From a virus (Duplodnaviria; Caudoviricetes), in IMG/VR virus record IMGVR_UViG_3300009160_000047, positions 1-60,102 of that record: DNA of 60,102 nucleotides. The stretch is one strand, 5' to 3'. Numbering within the stretch: position 1 is the first letter of the stretch; each line of letters begins with the position of its first letter. This document shows, in pieces, positions 18,218 to 25,950 of the stretch. The notes beneath the pieces were generated by a model that did not search any database, was not told the origin of the DNA, and saw nothing but the letters and a program-made list of their open reading frames with translations. Made by a program: the position numbers and the translations under genes.

Positions 18218-18796
18218 ATGAAAGAATCAGCACTTATTAGACAAGCCCGCCGAGAACTGGCGCAGTGCGAGAAGGATATAAACGCCGGCATCCACAGAGA
18301 GATAAATGGTGCCGAACTGAGCCGCCGCCGAGCTTTAATTGCACACGAAAAAACCCGCCCGCTTTACCTTATCGCTTGCTCCGGCTCGAAGCTGGACAAG
18401 CCCGCCAAAGCCCGAGATTTGTATCAGGGACAAGCTTTTAAATTTGCCATGGAAGCCGCCGCCCGAGCCGGTGCCGATGTTTTGATTCTCTCCGCCCTGC
18501 ATGGTGCCGTTGATCCGGACGCCGTCCTAAACCCCTATAACGTCACACTGTCAGACATGACCCAAGCCGACCGCCAAGCTTGGGCGCAACGCACCGCCGC
18601 CGAGCTTGAGCCGTATCAGGGACGAGCCGTCACAGTGCTAGCCGGTGCCAACTATGCAGCCGCTTGCACAGACCTAGACGCCGCCTATCCGCTCGCCGGC
18701 CTCGGGATCGGTCAGCAGCTTGCCGTTTTAAAGAATTACAAAAAGAAGCCGGAGCCTGCCGGACAGATTCAACAATTAGCCCTTGAACTTAATTGA
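18218..18796 (+). CDS. DUF6884-like protein (first early gene)
   Basis: LIACS..K....A.DLY.G, ILSA.HG, PY...L, LAG..Y and PL.GLGIGQQL motifs. Confidence 0.7.
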   Translation: MKESALIRQARRELAQCEKDINAGIHREINGAELSRRRALIAHEKTRPLYLIACSGSKLDKPAKARDLYQGQAFKFAMEAAARAGADVLILSALHGAVDPDAVLNPYNVTLSDMTQADRQAWAQRTAAELEPYQGRAVTVLAGANYAAACTDLDAAYPLAGLGIGQQLAVLKNYKKKPEPAGQIQQLALELN

Positions 18797-18807
18797 AAGA
18801 AACCACC

Positions 18808-18990
18808 ATGACAAACAATGAAATCATTCTCTCTATGTACCGGAACCATTACGCCACTTGGGAAATTCTCGCTCACATGATGATTAGAGAAGTAAGACGC
18901 CCCGAGGCTATTCGAACCATTACAAAAGCCCTCCGCCTAAAGCCGGACGAAGTGACCGCCATGCTCGATTCATTCGAAAACAACATTTAA
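18808..18990 (+). CDS. Hypothetical early protein
   Basis: ATG 18808 after GAAAGAAACCACC; 60 aa. Confidence 0.55.
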   Translation: MTNNEIILSMYRNHYATWEILAHMMIREVRRPEAIRTITKALRLKPDEVTAMLDSFENNI

Positions 18991-18999
18991 GGAAAAACC

Positions 19000-19146
19000 A
19001 TGCAATCAAATATTTTCAACATCAAAGACAACTTGCGCCACTTTGGGTTTCATTACGTCCTATGGGCGGAAGGCCTAAGCATTCGAACCCTTTACAACTT
19101 ATGGATTGCCGCCGGAATGATCCGCCACGAATCAAAAACCAACTGA
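19000..19146 (+). CDS. Hypothetical early protein (48 aa, below ORF-track cutoff)
   Basis: AAGGAAAAACC-ATG; MQSNIFNIKDNLRHFGFHYVLWAEG... Confidence 0.55.
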   Translation: MQSNIFNIKDNLRHFGFHYVLWAEGLSIRTLYNLWIAAGMIRHESKTN

Positions 19147-19156
19147 AAGAACCACC

Positions 19157-19345
19157 ATGAAAAACCTCCCGAAATCACTCCACACAATCACCGCTTGGGT
19201 GAATGTCGCCCGCTTTTTAGCAAAGCAAAACGGACTCTCACCCAATAACGCCGCTCATGCAGCCGCTCACGTTTTGAGACTGGATGAAATGACCGACACC
19301 CACGAATTAAGAGCCGCCGTAATTAAACAACTTGAAAGAGCCTAA
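19157..19345 (+). CDS. Hypothetical early protein
   Basis: 62 aa; GAAAGAACCACC-ATG leader. Confidence 0.55.
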   Translation: MKNLPKSLHTITAWVNVARFLAKQNGLSPNNAAHAAAHVLRLDEMTDTHELRAAVIKQLERA

Positions 19346-19348
19346 ACC

Positions 19349-19687
19349 ATGACCTCCCTCAGAGACTTAAACCAAATGATCAACGCCGAAATTTTCACAC
19401 CCGACGACCTGACTTATGCCGTTGACACCCTCGCAGACATTCGAGCCCAAATAGCCGAACTGAAAGCCCGTGAAGACACCTTCAAAGCCGTATTGATCGC
19501 CGCCGGACATGCCGCCGTTGACGGAACCGCTCACAGAGCCGCCGTGATCCAAGAACAAAGAACATCGACCGACTGGCAAGCAATTGCCACCAAGTTAAAC
19601 GCAAGCCGCCAACTGATCACCGCCCACACATCGACCGGTGAGCCCTTCTACAAAATCAGACTTTCAGCCCGAAAGGTTTCAGCATGA
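19349..19687 (+). CDS. Hypothetical early protein (coiled coil plus DW motif)
   Basis: VD.LA.I.A.IA.LK..E..K and R...DW..IA, a pattern seen in small phage early proteins. Confidence 0.55.
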   Translation: MTSLRDLNQMINAEIFTPDDLTYAVDTLADIRAQIAELKAREDTFKAVLIAAGHAAVDGTAHRAAVIQEQRTSTDWQAIATKLNASRQLITAHTSTGEPFYKIRLSARKVSA

Positions 19688-19863
19688 AAATCACGATCCA
19701 AGTAAAAACAATTTATGGCAATCGGGTAATTTATCCAAAGGATGAAACCGCCCAAGCATTCGCCAAAATTGCCGGCACTAAAACCCTCACTCTCGAAGCC
19801 CTGCGCCTAATCCAAGGCCTAGGCTATGAAATCACCGAACACAAAGAAAGCTTCAAATTATGA
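19684..19863 (+). CDS. Conserved small phage protein (59 aa, below ORF-track cutoff)
   Basis: MKITIQVKTIYGNRVIYP...AFAKIAGTKTLT...LGYEI; ATGA overlaps at both ends. Confidence 0.65.
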   Translation: MKITIQVKTIYGNRVIYPKDETAQAFAKIAGTKTLTLEALRLIQGLGYEITEHKESFKL

Positions 19864-20249
19864 AAACCCTCGACCTTAATTTTTACACCGACCCCGCTCA
19901 CGGATGGCTTGAAGTGAAACGCTCGCACCTTATCGCCCTCGGGATTGAAGAGCAAATTAGCCGTTATTCATACGAACACGGCGCAAGGGTCTACCTTGAA
20001 GAAGACAACGACATGAGCCGCTTTATGGAAGCAGCAGCCGCCGCCGGATGGACAATTAAAACCGCCGACTTTCACAATGACGCCGAAAGCTTTATCAGGC
20101 TTTTAAAAGGTTACCAATCGACCGCCGCCAGCCGCCAATCTATCGCCGCTTTTTACGATAACAACCCTAATTTAACCCTCGCCGATTTGTCCCGCTTTAC
20201 CGGTCAATCGGTGCCCACCCTCAAGAAATTTTTAATGGAGCGCAAATAA
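19860..20249 (+). CDS. Conserved early protein with C-terminal HTH-like segment
   Basis: F.TDPAHGWL.V, ISRYSY and YLEED motifs; C-terminal LTLADLSRFTGQSVPTLKK. Confidence 0.6.
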   Translation: MKTLDLNFYTDPAHGWLEVKRSHLIALGIEEQISRYSYEHGARVYLEEDNDMSRFMEAAAAAGWTIKTADFHNDAESFIRLLKGYQSTAASRQSIAAFYDNNPNLTLADLSRFTGQSVPTLKKFLMERK

Positions 20250-20992
20250 TGAACCCCTTAGGATATATCGCTTATGAGGGAAAGAGCCTCATTGATAAGA
20301 GCCCAATTGTCGTTATCGTGACCGCCCTCAATAGCAGCGCAAACAGTAAAACCGGAAATATGGTACAGACCTTTATTATCCGGTCGGACGTTGACCCAGT
20401 GACCGCCGCCCAAACAGGGCAAGATTTTGCAATCTGCGGAGCTTGCCGGCACCGCCCCAAGGCCGCAAAAATTACCGGTGAGCCGCCGTGTTATGTGAAC
20501 AAGGGACACGCCCCTTTACAGGTCTTTAAAGCATACAAAAGGGGAAGGTATACCAAAGCCACACCGGCGCAAATTAAAGCCGCCCTATCCGGTCGGATTG
20601 TGCGCCTAGGCACCTACGGAGACCCCTTCGCCGCACCAGTGGCAATGTGGGAAGAAATCATTAAAGACGCCGCCGGACACACCGGCTACACCCACCAATG
20701 GAAGCGCACCGGTTTTGACGTTGACCGGTGGAAAAAATTAGTAATGGCAAGCGCAGACAATTTAGACGATGCAGCCTTCGCCAACTTAAACGGAATGCGA
20801 GCCTTTAGGGTTTCAATTGGAAACGACCGACAAGCCGCCGAGACGATTTGTCCCGCCAGTTCAGAAGCCGGAAAGAAAACCACCTGCGCCAATTGCCAAT
20901 TGTGCGCCGGCACCACCAAAGCCGCCCGAGACATTGTGATTCAAGATCACGCCGCCGGTTATCGCAAACGCATAGAAATAATGAAAGCTTGA
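20249..20992 (+). CDS. Cys-rich Fe-S / radical-SAM-like phage protein (gp88-like)
   Basis: N.KTG, CGAC...CYV, RLGTYGDP, GYTHQW, MAS.D and CPA...CANCQLC motifs. Confidence 0.6.
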   Translation: MNPLGYIAYEGKSLIDKSPIVVIVTALNSSANSKTGNMVQTFIIRSDVDPVTAAQTGQDFAICGACRHRPKAAKITGEPPCYVNKGHAPLQVFKAYKRGRYTKATPAQIKAALSGRIVRLGTYGDPFAAPVAMWEEIIKDAAGHTGYTHQWKRTGFDVDRWKKLVMASADNLDDAAFANLNGMRAFRVSIGNDRQAAETICPASSEAGKKTTCANCQLCAGTTKAARDIVIQDHAAGYRKRIEIMKA

Positions 20993-20995
20993 ACC

Positions 20996-21223
20996 ATGCA
21001 AAAACTAATGAAAGCAAAATTCGCCGGTATTTGTTCCCGCACTGGAGCCCGAATCAATAAAGGGGATGAAATCATTTTCGACACCTACACCCGAACCGCC
21101 TACATCACAAACGAAGACGACACGCCCCGCATAAACTCAATTCGCTTTGGGGATAAAACTTTTTACCGGAACGCAAAAGGCCGGTGTATTGACGCACCAT
21201 GTTGCGGCTGCTGCACTATTTGA
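20996..21223 (+). CDS. Small Cys-rich protein
   Basis: AKF.G.C..TG..I.KGD and RN..GRC.DAPCCGCCT. Confidence 0.65.
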   Translation: MQKLMKAKFAGICSRTGARINKGDEIIFDTYTRTAYITNEDDTPRINSIRFGDKTFYRNAKGRCIDAPCCGCCTI

Positions 21224-21252
21224 AAACCAGGTTTTACCAGGTTATTTAACAC

Positions 21253-21390
21253 ATGAAAAAACACACAAAAAACCGAGACGAAAGAATTATGCGGCGGGCA
21301 CAATCCGCCCTTGATTTTCTTTCCGTTTTACTCATTGCCGGCGCATTGACTGTCGGAGCCCTTAAATATTTTGACGTTCTAACACCATGA
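21253..21390 (+). CDS. Small membrane protein (45 aa)
   Basis: Basic N-terminus then hydrophobic LDFLSVLLIAGALTVGAL; ATGA overlap with the next ORF. Confidence 0.5.
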   Translation: MKKHTKNRDERIMRRAQSALDFLSVLLIAGALTVGALKYFDVLTP

Positions 21391-21557
21391 AACACACTGA
21401 AAACGATTACATCAAAGCCGGCTTTAGATTTGAGAAGGGGCAAACCCCCGCCGAAAACCTGCGAGCCATGATTGAGATGGAAACAATAGACGACCGGTCG
21501 GAAGCCCGCCGCCTAATCGAACAAGGCCGGCACGAAGCCCGCCTGTCGCATAAGTGA
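21387..21557 (+). CDS. Hypothetical protein (56 aa)
   Basis: MKHTENDYIKAGFRFEKG...EARRLIEQGRHEAR; translationally coupled to the upstream ORF. Confidence 0.55.
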   Translation: MKHTENDYIKAGFRFEKGQTPAENLRAMIEMETIDDRSEARRLIEQGRHEARLSHK

Positions 21558-21580
21558 CTGACAGGGGCACATGGTGCCCC
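21541..21580 (+). promoter_or_regulatory. Repeat of the 18128 operator-like site plus a GC hairpin
   Basis: GCCTGTCGCATAAGTGACTGACAG (21/24 identical to 18128) followed by GGGGCAC-ATG-GTGCCCC. Confidence 0.6.
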
Positions 21581-21620
21581 GACAATTCAAAAACTTCAAC
21601 AACCCAAGAAGGGAAAAACC

Positions 21621-22154
21621 ATGCTCGAAACTGTAGAAAAACAAGCCCCCACCACCACAGGAGGAGGCAAAAAAATACAACTAAAAAACCTCAAGCATTC
21701 CGATTTCGCCAGTCAGGAAACGTATTGCTTCGAGGCTAGCGTATACATTGACGGAAAGAAAGCAGGCACTGTATCAAACCAAGGATGTGGAGGTTGCCAC
21801 TCATACCACCCCAACACCCTGTACCAACTGCTAAAGGCGGAGGCGGATAAATTACCACCGCATGAGTGGAGGCTTAATGAGGAGGTGCTAACGATCCAAC
21901 CCGATGCAGACACCATCATCAGCGAATTAGTAACCGAAGCCCTTGCAATCAAAGACCTAAAGTCCGGCATGAGGAGGCGCATTCTATTCATTGGTGAGAA
22001 CGGCGAAGTCTTTGAAACCCAAGCAATGACGGCGGCGGCACTTGCCGTTCAATTAGTACGAAAAGACCTGTACGAAAAACTCAAAACGAAAACGATTCTC
22101 AATCTCTTACCTTTCCCCGAAGCTTTATCAATTTACATCAAAGGAGAAAAATAA
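21621..22154 (+). CDS. Conserved hypothetical phage protein
   Basis: LKN.K....SQET.CF.AS.Y.DGKK.G.V.N.G.GG motif. Confidence 0.6.
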   Translation: MLETVEKQAPTTTGGGKKIQLKNLKHSDFASQETYCFEASVYIDGKKAGTVSNQGCGGCHSYHPNTLYQLLKAEADKLPPHEWRLNEEVLTIQPDADTIISELVTEALAIKDLKSGMRRRILFIGENGEVFETQAMTAAALAVQLVRKDLYEKLKTKTILNLLPFPEALSIYIKGEK

Positions 22155-22531
22155 TGGGCTTTACTTCAAAATGTTGTGCCAAGACAAATTTACCGGTTTT
22201 AAATCAATACAAGGGACACCCCGAATTTAGTGAGGTGGTCGCCCTGCTGCCCGATGGTCGGATCATCAAAGGATCTTATGACGGCTATTGCAGGGTAGAT
22301 GGGGAGGACGTGAAAGAAACGCCCGAGGGCAAGTGGATATGGGAGAAGGTTAAATTTGTCCTAGCCCCGCACTACAACGGCGAAACCTACAACGAACTAC
22401 CCAAGTCACATGATGAACTCGCACAGGGTCACTTCATGGCTGACGAATTCTTAGACCACTGTAGACAGGTGGGCTCATTTAAAAATCGTGCCGCTTATGT
22501 GCGGGCTTTCAAAAAATACGCAAACTGGTAA
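22154..22531 (+). CDS. Conserved hypothetical phage protein
   Basis: MG..S..C, G.YDGY.RV and QG.F motifs; AGGAG RBS. Confidence 0.6.
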   Translation: MGFTSKCCAKTNLPVLNQYKGHPEFSEVVALLPDGRIIKGSYDGYCRVDGEDVKETPEGKWIWEKVKFVLAPHYNGETYNELPKSHDELAQGHFMADEFLDHCRQVGSFKNRAAYVRAFKKYANW

Positions 22532-22544
22532 AAGGAAAACTATC

Positions 22545-23057
22545 ATGCCAAACTGGTGCTCAAACTCTCTCAAACTTACTGCAGCAACCGACAGTAACCG
22601 CAAGCTTCTAGATGAGCTGGAAAAGCAATTCGACAGTAGCGACAAGGCCGTAATTTTCGACATGATCAAACCCACACCCTTACACCTGCTCGAAGGGCAA
22701 GGTTGGTACGACTGGCGAATAAAAAACTGGGGCACAAAATGGGACGCAACAATCATCTCAGCATTTCGCAAAGACGATACGGCATTCCTTTATTTTGAGA
22801 CGGCATGGGCTCCCCCAATTGAGATCTATAAGGTGCTTGAGGAGGAGGGATTCAAAGTGGAGGCAACCTATGTAGAGCAGGGTATGGCATACGCCGGCTA
22901 CTATAAAGACGGCACAGATTTTACAGACGACAAACCCAAGTTCCTGCAAAACCTGTATGACGAAGAAACGGATACCTTTAACGAAGATCCCGCCGATATG
23001 GAGGCTTACTTCAGAGAGGCCGGATTTGAACATTCACCATCAACATACGGAGGCTGA
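22545..23057 (+). CDS. DUF1281/YubB-like ferredoxin-fold protein
   Basis: MPNWC.N, WYDWR..NWGTKWD and F.TAW.PP signature. Confidence 0.75.
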   Translation: MPNWCSNSLKLTAATDSNRKLLDELEKQFDSSDKAVIFDMIKPTPLHLLEGQGWYDWRIKNWGTKWDATIISAFRKDDTAFLYFETAWAPPIEIYKVLEEEGFKVEATYVEQGMAYAGYYKDGTDFTDDKPKFLQNLYDEETDTFNEDPADMEAYFREAGFEHSPSTYGG

Positions 23058-23058
23058 C

Positions 23059-23277
23059 ATGAAAACATCAGAACGCTTTGCCGTCAACGAATGGCTCTCA
23101 GAATACCCAAGCGATACGACCTTTGACGTGATCATGGACTTAATCCGTGATGATGATGAGTCGGTTATTCCTTGGGAATTAGTCGAACACTATCCTGCAG
23201 CAGACCTCATAGAAGTTATTTACAACACAAAAATTCACTTTGAAACAGTAACCAAATCAACCACTGAGGATAAATGA
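23059..23277 (+). CDS. Hypothetical acidic protein
   Basis: GGAGG RBS, ATG 23059. Confidence 0.55.
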   Translation: MKTSERFAVNEWLSEYPSDTTFDVIMDLIRDDDESVIPWELVEHYPAADLIEVIYNTKIHFETVTKSTTEDK

Positions 23278-23278
23278 A

Positions 23279-23479
23279 ATGACTGCAATGACTAAAACAC
23301 AGATGGTAAACGCCTGTGCTGATTACGAAACGGATTGGTTCTTTGATAGAGAACCCGAGGAGCAAAGGGAGGTGTTCCGACACATCCAAGTGCATGGGTT
23401 TGCAGGGTTCGCCAATTTCACTGACAACAATTTGTTTGCATCTTGCGTGGACAAGGGCACATTCTTAATGGAGGAATGA
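23279..23479 (+). CDS. Hypothetical protein
   Basis: 66 aa, GAGG RBS. Confidence 0.55.
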   Translation: MTAMTKTQMVNACADYETDWFFDREPEEQREVFRHIQVHGFAGFANFTDNNLFASCVDKGTFLMEE

Positions 23480-23480
23480 A

Positions 23481-23675
23481 ATGACCACAGAATGGACGCA
23501 CGACCCTTGGCATGACAAATACTTTAGGCCGGATCCAAAGTATTACTACGAGCCCCAGACTGAAGCTGAACGCATGGCTTACATAAAGAAATGGGATAAG
23601 TTCAAGCCGACCACAGGCGAAGAGTGGTGCCTAAAAAACAACTACGAAGTTTGGAAAAGGAAGCAAGCAAAATGA
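23481..23675 (+). CDS. Hypothetical Trp/Tyr-rich protein
   Basis: 64 aa, GGAGG RBS. Confidence 0.55.
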   Translation: MTTEWTHDPWHDKYFRPDPKYYYEPQTEAERMAYIKKWDKFKPTTGEEWCLKNNYEVWKRKQAK

Positions 23676-23854
23676 AAACTTATACAGGCACAGTTGTCTA
23701 CAGTATTTTTCACGATGTAACAGTTACAGTTCCTGACGATGCAGACAGGGATGATATTGAGTTTGCAATACTTGAATATTTTGATCAACATGATCTAAAG
23801 AGCAAACCTGAAGATACACACGCAAACGTATTTGATGTTGAGGAGGAAGTATGA
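23672..23854 (+). CDS. Hypothetical acidic protein
   Basis: MKTYTGTVVY start at an ATGA overlap. Confidence 0.5.
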   Translation: MKTYTGTVVYSIFHDVTVTVPDDADRDDIEFAILEYFDQHDLKSKPEDTHANVFDVEEEV

Positions 23855-24000
23855 AAGTCAAAGAACTAATAGCACAACTGCAAGAGTGCAACCCCGAACT
23901 TGAAGTCTACAGTTGGAATGATCACGAAATACACGAAATTTATTATGTTGATGGCGGCATGGATGAGTGGGTTCATCTTAACTTGGGAGAAAGACAATGA
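23851..24000 (+). CDS. Small protein with MKVKELI..L...P N-terminus (49 aa)
   Basis: GAGGAGG RBS; common small phage protein start motif. Confidence 0.55.
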   Translation: MKVKELIAQLQECNPELEVYSWNDHEIHEIYYVDGGMDEWVHLNLGERQ

Positions 24001-24176
24001 AAACTTACAAAGTAACTACCAAGCTGACAACGTACTTTTATGAGCACGTTGAGGCTGAGAATGAAGATGAAGCGTATGCCATAGCCAAGAACATGGATGC
24101 AGGGGGATTTATCCCTGTCGATCAGGGTGTTGGAGGCGATTGGTCTATTGACAAAGTTTATGAGGTAACACTATGA
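23997..24176 (+). CDS. Small acidic protein (59 aa)
   Basis: MKTYKV...VEAENEDEA motif; ATGA overlaps. Confidence 0.55.
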   Translation: MKTYKVTTKLTTYFYEHVEAENEDEAYAIAKNMDAGGFIPVDQGVGGDWSIDKVYEVTL

Positions 24177-24388
24177 AACCATGGCACCAATATACTGAAG
24201 AGGGGATTGCCGGACTGGCTGCCGAAGCATTGAATGTAGCGGTCGCCCACATCCAAGACAGACTGGGTGTGGACACCGGCGACTTTGCCGGCTTGTACTT
24301 CTCAGGCACCCGAGAGGAAGCAATGGAGGCGGTACTCAAGCAGTACATAGAGCAAGAGATCCATTGGAATCAGGAGCTCACAACATGA
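24173..24388 (+). CDS. Hypothetical protein
   Basis: IQ..LGV.TGD.AG..FSG motif; GAGG RBS. Confidence 0.55.
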   Translation: MKPWHQYTEEGIAGLAAEALNVAVAHIQDRLGVDTGDFAGLYFSGTREEAMEAVLKQYIEQEIHWNQELTT

Positions 24389-25005
24389 AGGTTCTAGTAG
24401 CCTGTGAATACTCAGGTGTGGTGCGTGATGCCTTTACCAAGGCCGGACACGATGCCACATCCTGCGATCTGCTGCCGTCTGAATCCCCACATGGAAAGCA
24501 TTTCCAAGGGGATGTGATGGAGATCCTGGAAAAAGATTGGGATCTTTTAATTGCCCATCCACCATGCACTTACCTGTGCGTGTCAGGCATTCATTGGAAC
24601 AATAAACGACCCGAGAGAGCAGCTCAAACCGAAGAGGCTTTGAAATTTGTGGAGGCTTTGCTCAATGCCGACATTCCAAAGATCTGTCTTGAGAATCCCA
24701 TCGGCGTGATATCCACCCGCATCCGCAAGCCCACCCAAATCATTCAGCCGTATCAATACGGACATGATGCGAGCAAGCAAACCTGTCTCTGGCTGAAAAA
24801 TTTACCACCCCTGCAGCCAACCCAGTTTGTTGAGCCACGCATTGTGACCACACCCAGTGGAAAAAAAGCCAATAGATGGGGCAACCAGTGCGACAACTAC
24901 GGCCATGACAGTCTGCCGCCTAGCGCAGATCGATGGAAGATTAGAAGTGCAACATACCAAGGCATTGCCGATGCCATGGTGAACCAATGGGGAGGCTTAG
25001 CATGA
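24385..25005 (+). CDS. Short C5-cytosine DNA methyltransferase
   Basis: VLVACE.SG (motif I variant), HPPC catalytic motif, ENP, K.T.LW and RS.T..GIA.AM. Confidence 0.8.
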   Translation: MKVLVACEYSGVVRDAFTKAGHDATSCDLLPSESPHGKHFQGDVMEILEKDWDLLIAHPPCTYLCVSGIHWNNKRPERAAQTEEALKFVEALLNADIPKICLENPIGVISTRIRKPTQIIQPYQYGHDASKQTCLWLKNLPPLQPTQFVEPRIVTTPSGKKANRWGNQCDNYGHDSLPPSADRWKIRSATYQGIADAMVNQWGGLA

Positions 25006-25136
25006 TTCAATACATCTTCATACTGACGGAGGAGGGCGACTTTGTAGCCGCCTATACCACCCGAGAGAAGGCCGAGCTGGAAGCCCTAGAATCACGGCTC
25101 CTCAACTGGCACATCATCGAAGCAAGGTTACGCTAG
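25002..25136 (+). CDS. Hypothetical protein (44 aa)
   Basis: GGAGG RBS and ATGA overlap; last gene of the plus-strand block. Confidence 0.45.
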   Translation: MIQYIFILTEEGDFVAAYTTREKAELEALESRLLNWHIIEARLR

Positions 25137-25950
25137 TGCCCATCGCTTTGATCAGGGACTGACCCGCTCGGAACAGTCCCACTCTTAGATGAGTATCGTT
25201 AAAGTCCTCGCCAACGACATCACTCATCCAGTAAGGCCAACCAATCTCTTTGGCTACTCTCTCACCAGTCCCACTCTCATCATTGTCTGTCACAAGGAAC
25301 CCGCTCTCTAGTGAGGAGGCGACCTTCTTCATATTCCCTGCGCTGAAGCAAACATGGATGTTGTACCTGCGCTTATAGGACTTTAGGACATGACGCACAG
25401 ACAAGGCCGTAGCGTAACCCTCGCAAAGAATGTGCAAGCCCTTGTTATCGAAGCAAAACTCTGCATCTGAGGTGCGCTGCCCAAACAAAAACTTCTTGCC
25501 GCCGGCCTCATCGATGACCTGACAACCCACCAATCTACCTGCGACACGCATTGGGATTAGTAAATAGTGGAGGCCATTGAGGACATAGATATTGCCTTCC
25601 TCTTCCTCAAAACCCTTGGCTTTTAGATATGGGTGGCGACCATAACCTGACTGCTTGAGCATGACCGCCGCCTTGGTAGCCGCTTCTCTTTGCATGAGGA
25701 GGCGATCATCATCTGCCTTGCGAGCAAGCTTGACGAACTTGTCTGAGTTGGTATTGTTACCATCGCTCTTCCATACGGACACCTCTACATCAGTAGCATG
25801 GTTCTGCACATAGCCGTGATCACCCATGAACTTGACGGCACCATTTCTTTTGCGTGGTTTATCCTGAGTTGGATATCTTTTCCACACCCCGACTGGCGGG
25901 TAATGATCGAGGAGGATGCCGTGTGCAGCACAAAAGTTTAGGAAGTCCAT
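25114..25950 (-). CDS. Toprim-domain DNA primase
   Basis: HPYL..KG, LIPM, CEGYATA, FSAGN and DND..G motifs. Confidence 0.8.
   Translation of the reverse strand: MDFLNFCAAHGILLDHYPPVGVWKRYPTQDKPRKRNGAVKFMGDHGYVQNHATDVEVSVWKSDGNNTNSDKFVKLARKADDDRLLMQREAATKAAVMLKQSGYGRHPYLKAKGFEEEEGNIYVLNGLHYLLIPMRVAGRLVGCQVIDEAGGKKFLFGQRTSDAEFCFDNKGLHILCEGYATALSVRHVLKSYKRRYNIHVCFSAGNMKKVASSLESGFLVTDNDESGTGERVAKEIGWPYWMSDVVGEDFNDTHLRVGLFRAGQSLIKAMGTSVTLLR

Noticed and set aside
18003-18233. 76-aa minus-strand ORF between terS and the early operon
   Set aside because: It spans the divergent regulatory region with operator-like repeats, overlaps the start of 18218, and has no RBS or motif.
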